Shown here: positions 63,300 to 64,000 of the stretch, piece after piece
Layout of the letters: each line of letters begins with the position of its first letter
How positions within the stretch are numbered: position 1 is the stretch's first letter
Origin: Octopus sinensis
Taxonomy: Eukaryota
Assembly: GCF_006345805.1 (NCBI RefSeq)
Contig: NC_043012.1
Span: 22,506,001 to 22,570,000 of the forward strand
Direction: 5' to 3'
DNA length: 64,000 nt
Notes under the pieces: generated by a model
Databases searched by the model: none
What the model was told of the DNA's origin: nothing
What the model saw: only the letters and a program-made list of their open reading frames with translations
Made by a program: the position numbers and the translations under genes

Positions 63300-63890
63300 G
63301 TTCCAATTCTTTGCTTTCTAACAGCAATGTCTTTTAGACACTACTGCCACACCATATTGGTTTTTTTACCATTCCCTTGAACATCAGCAGCAGCAAGCAA
63401 AAGGGGACATGCATGCATTGGCAACTGTTGGTTTTCAAAAAAAAAAGAAAAGAAAAGAAAAGGAAAACCTTGTTGAGAGTTATAAACAAGCCCTGATGCT
63501 GGGACTGTGCTAAATAGCTCCTCATCAACAAAGCTGTCTTTAAGGAAATGAAACAGCACTGCCAAAATCTACAGACTATAAGAAGGCATTTCATCTCTGT
63601 TCCTCACTCATAAATAATACCATACCAAGATTCCAATATCTGCAGCTACTGTTATAATCACCAACATAATCAGGCTGTCAACAGAAATGAGTAAAGTTCA
63701 TCTGTAACGCTTTTCATTCTGGCTGTAGGCCCTTGTCAGCCTAGTTAGGAAAATGCAAAGCCTGTATAATAAGATCAACAGATTAAAAGAAAAATGTCAA
63801 CCACATCTATTTTGCTGATGACCTTAAGCTGTACATGAATAATACTAAGAGAGAGAGAAGTGATCACAACGTTCTTCTGGGACATAGCAA
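63300..63890 (+). pseudogene. Decayed R4/Dong reverse transcriptase
   Basis: K*LLINKAVFKEMK (cf. KEQLLINK), DYKKAF..SVPHS*I (cf. DYKKAFDSVPHSWI), FILAVGP and VNHIYFADDLKLY, across frameshifts. Confidence 0.75.
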
Positions 63891-63965
63891 AGGCGTTTGG
63901 TCAGCATAGTGTCCCTAGATGGTAGACGAATAAGCAAAGAGTGTTCACCAGGCAAAGAATATATA

Positions 63966-64000
63966 TTTCTTTACTGCCCACAAGGGGCTAAACATAGAGG
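63966..64000 (-). mobile_element. SINE family F tail, cut by the window edge
   Basis: tttctttactgcccacaaggggctaaacatagagg matches 15592-15625. Confidence 0.7.

Overview
AT-rich, microsatellite-saturated eukaryotic DNA. The (TA)n/(CA)n/(GAT)n/(TAA)n load and the retroposon families suggest an octopus (coleoid cephalopod) genome; this is an inference. I recognise no named host gene, and nearly all ORFs in the supplied track are microsatellite artefacts. The window is dominated by transposon remnants: (i) about 30 copies or fragments of a two-part tRNA-derived SINE with a CORE-like segment ('family A'), plus three other tRNA-SINE families; (ii) 5'-truncated RTE LINE ends whose 3'UTR carries a variable 62/67-bp minisatellite; (iii) five R4/Dong-clade non-LTR fragments, four of them next to (TAA)n arrays; (iv) a near full-length dead maT (DD37D) transposon, mariner-type MITEs and TTAA-flanked piggyBac-like MITEs; (v) Penelope-like remnants, including a GIY-YIG fragment with its own hammerhead-like motif. 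The most notable observation is three copies of a short repeat carrying a minimal type I hammerhead fold with the same non-canonical core, CUGUNGA-A. There are also several fold-back hairpins. SINE orientation is strongly biased to the minus strand, and there are a few orphan plus-strand exon candidates (22.4-22.7, 33.6, 49.7 kb). Together these suggest the window lies in long introns or the 3' part of an unidentified plus-strand gene. All alignments and counts were done by eye, so repeat boundaries are approximate.
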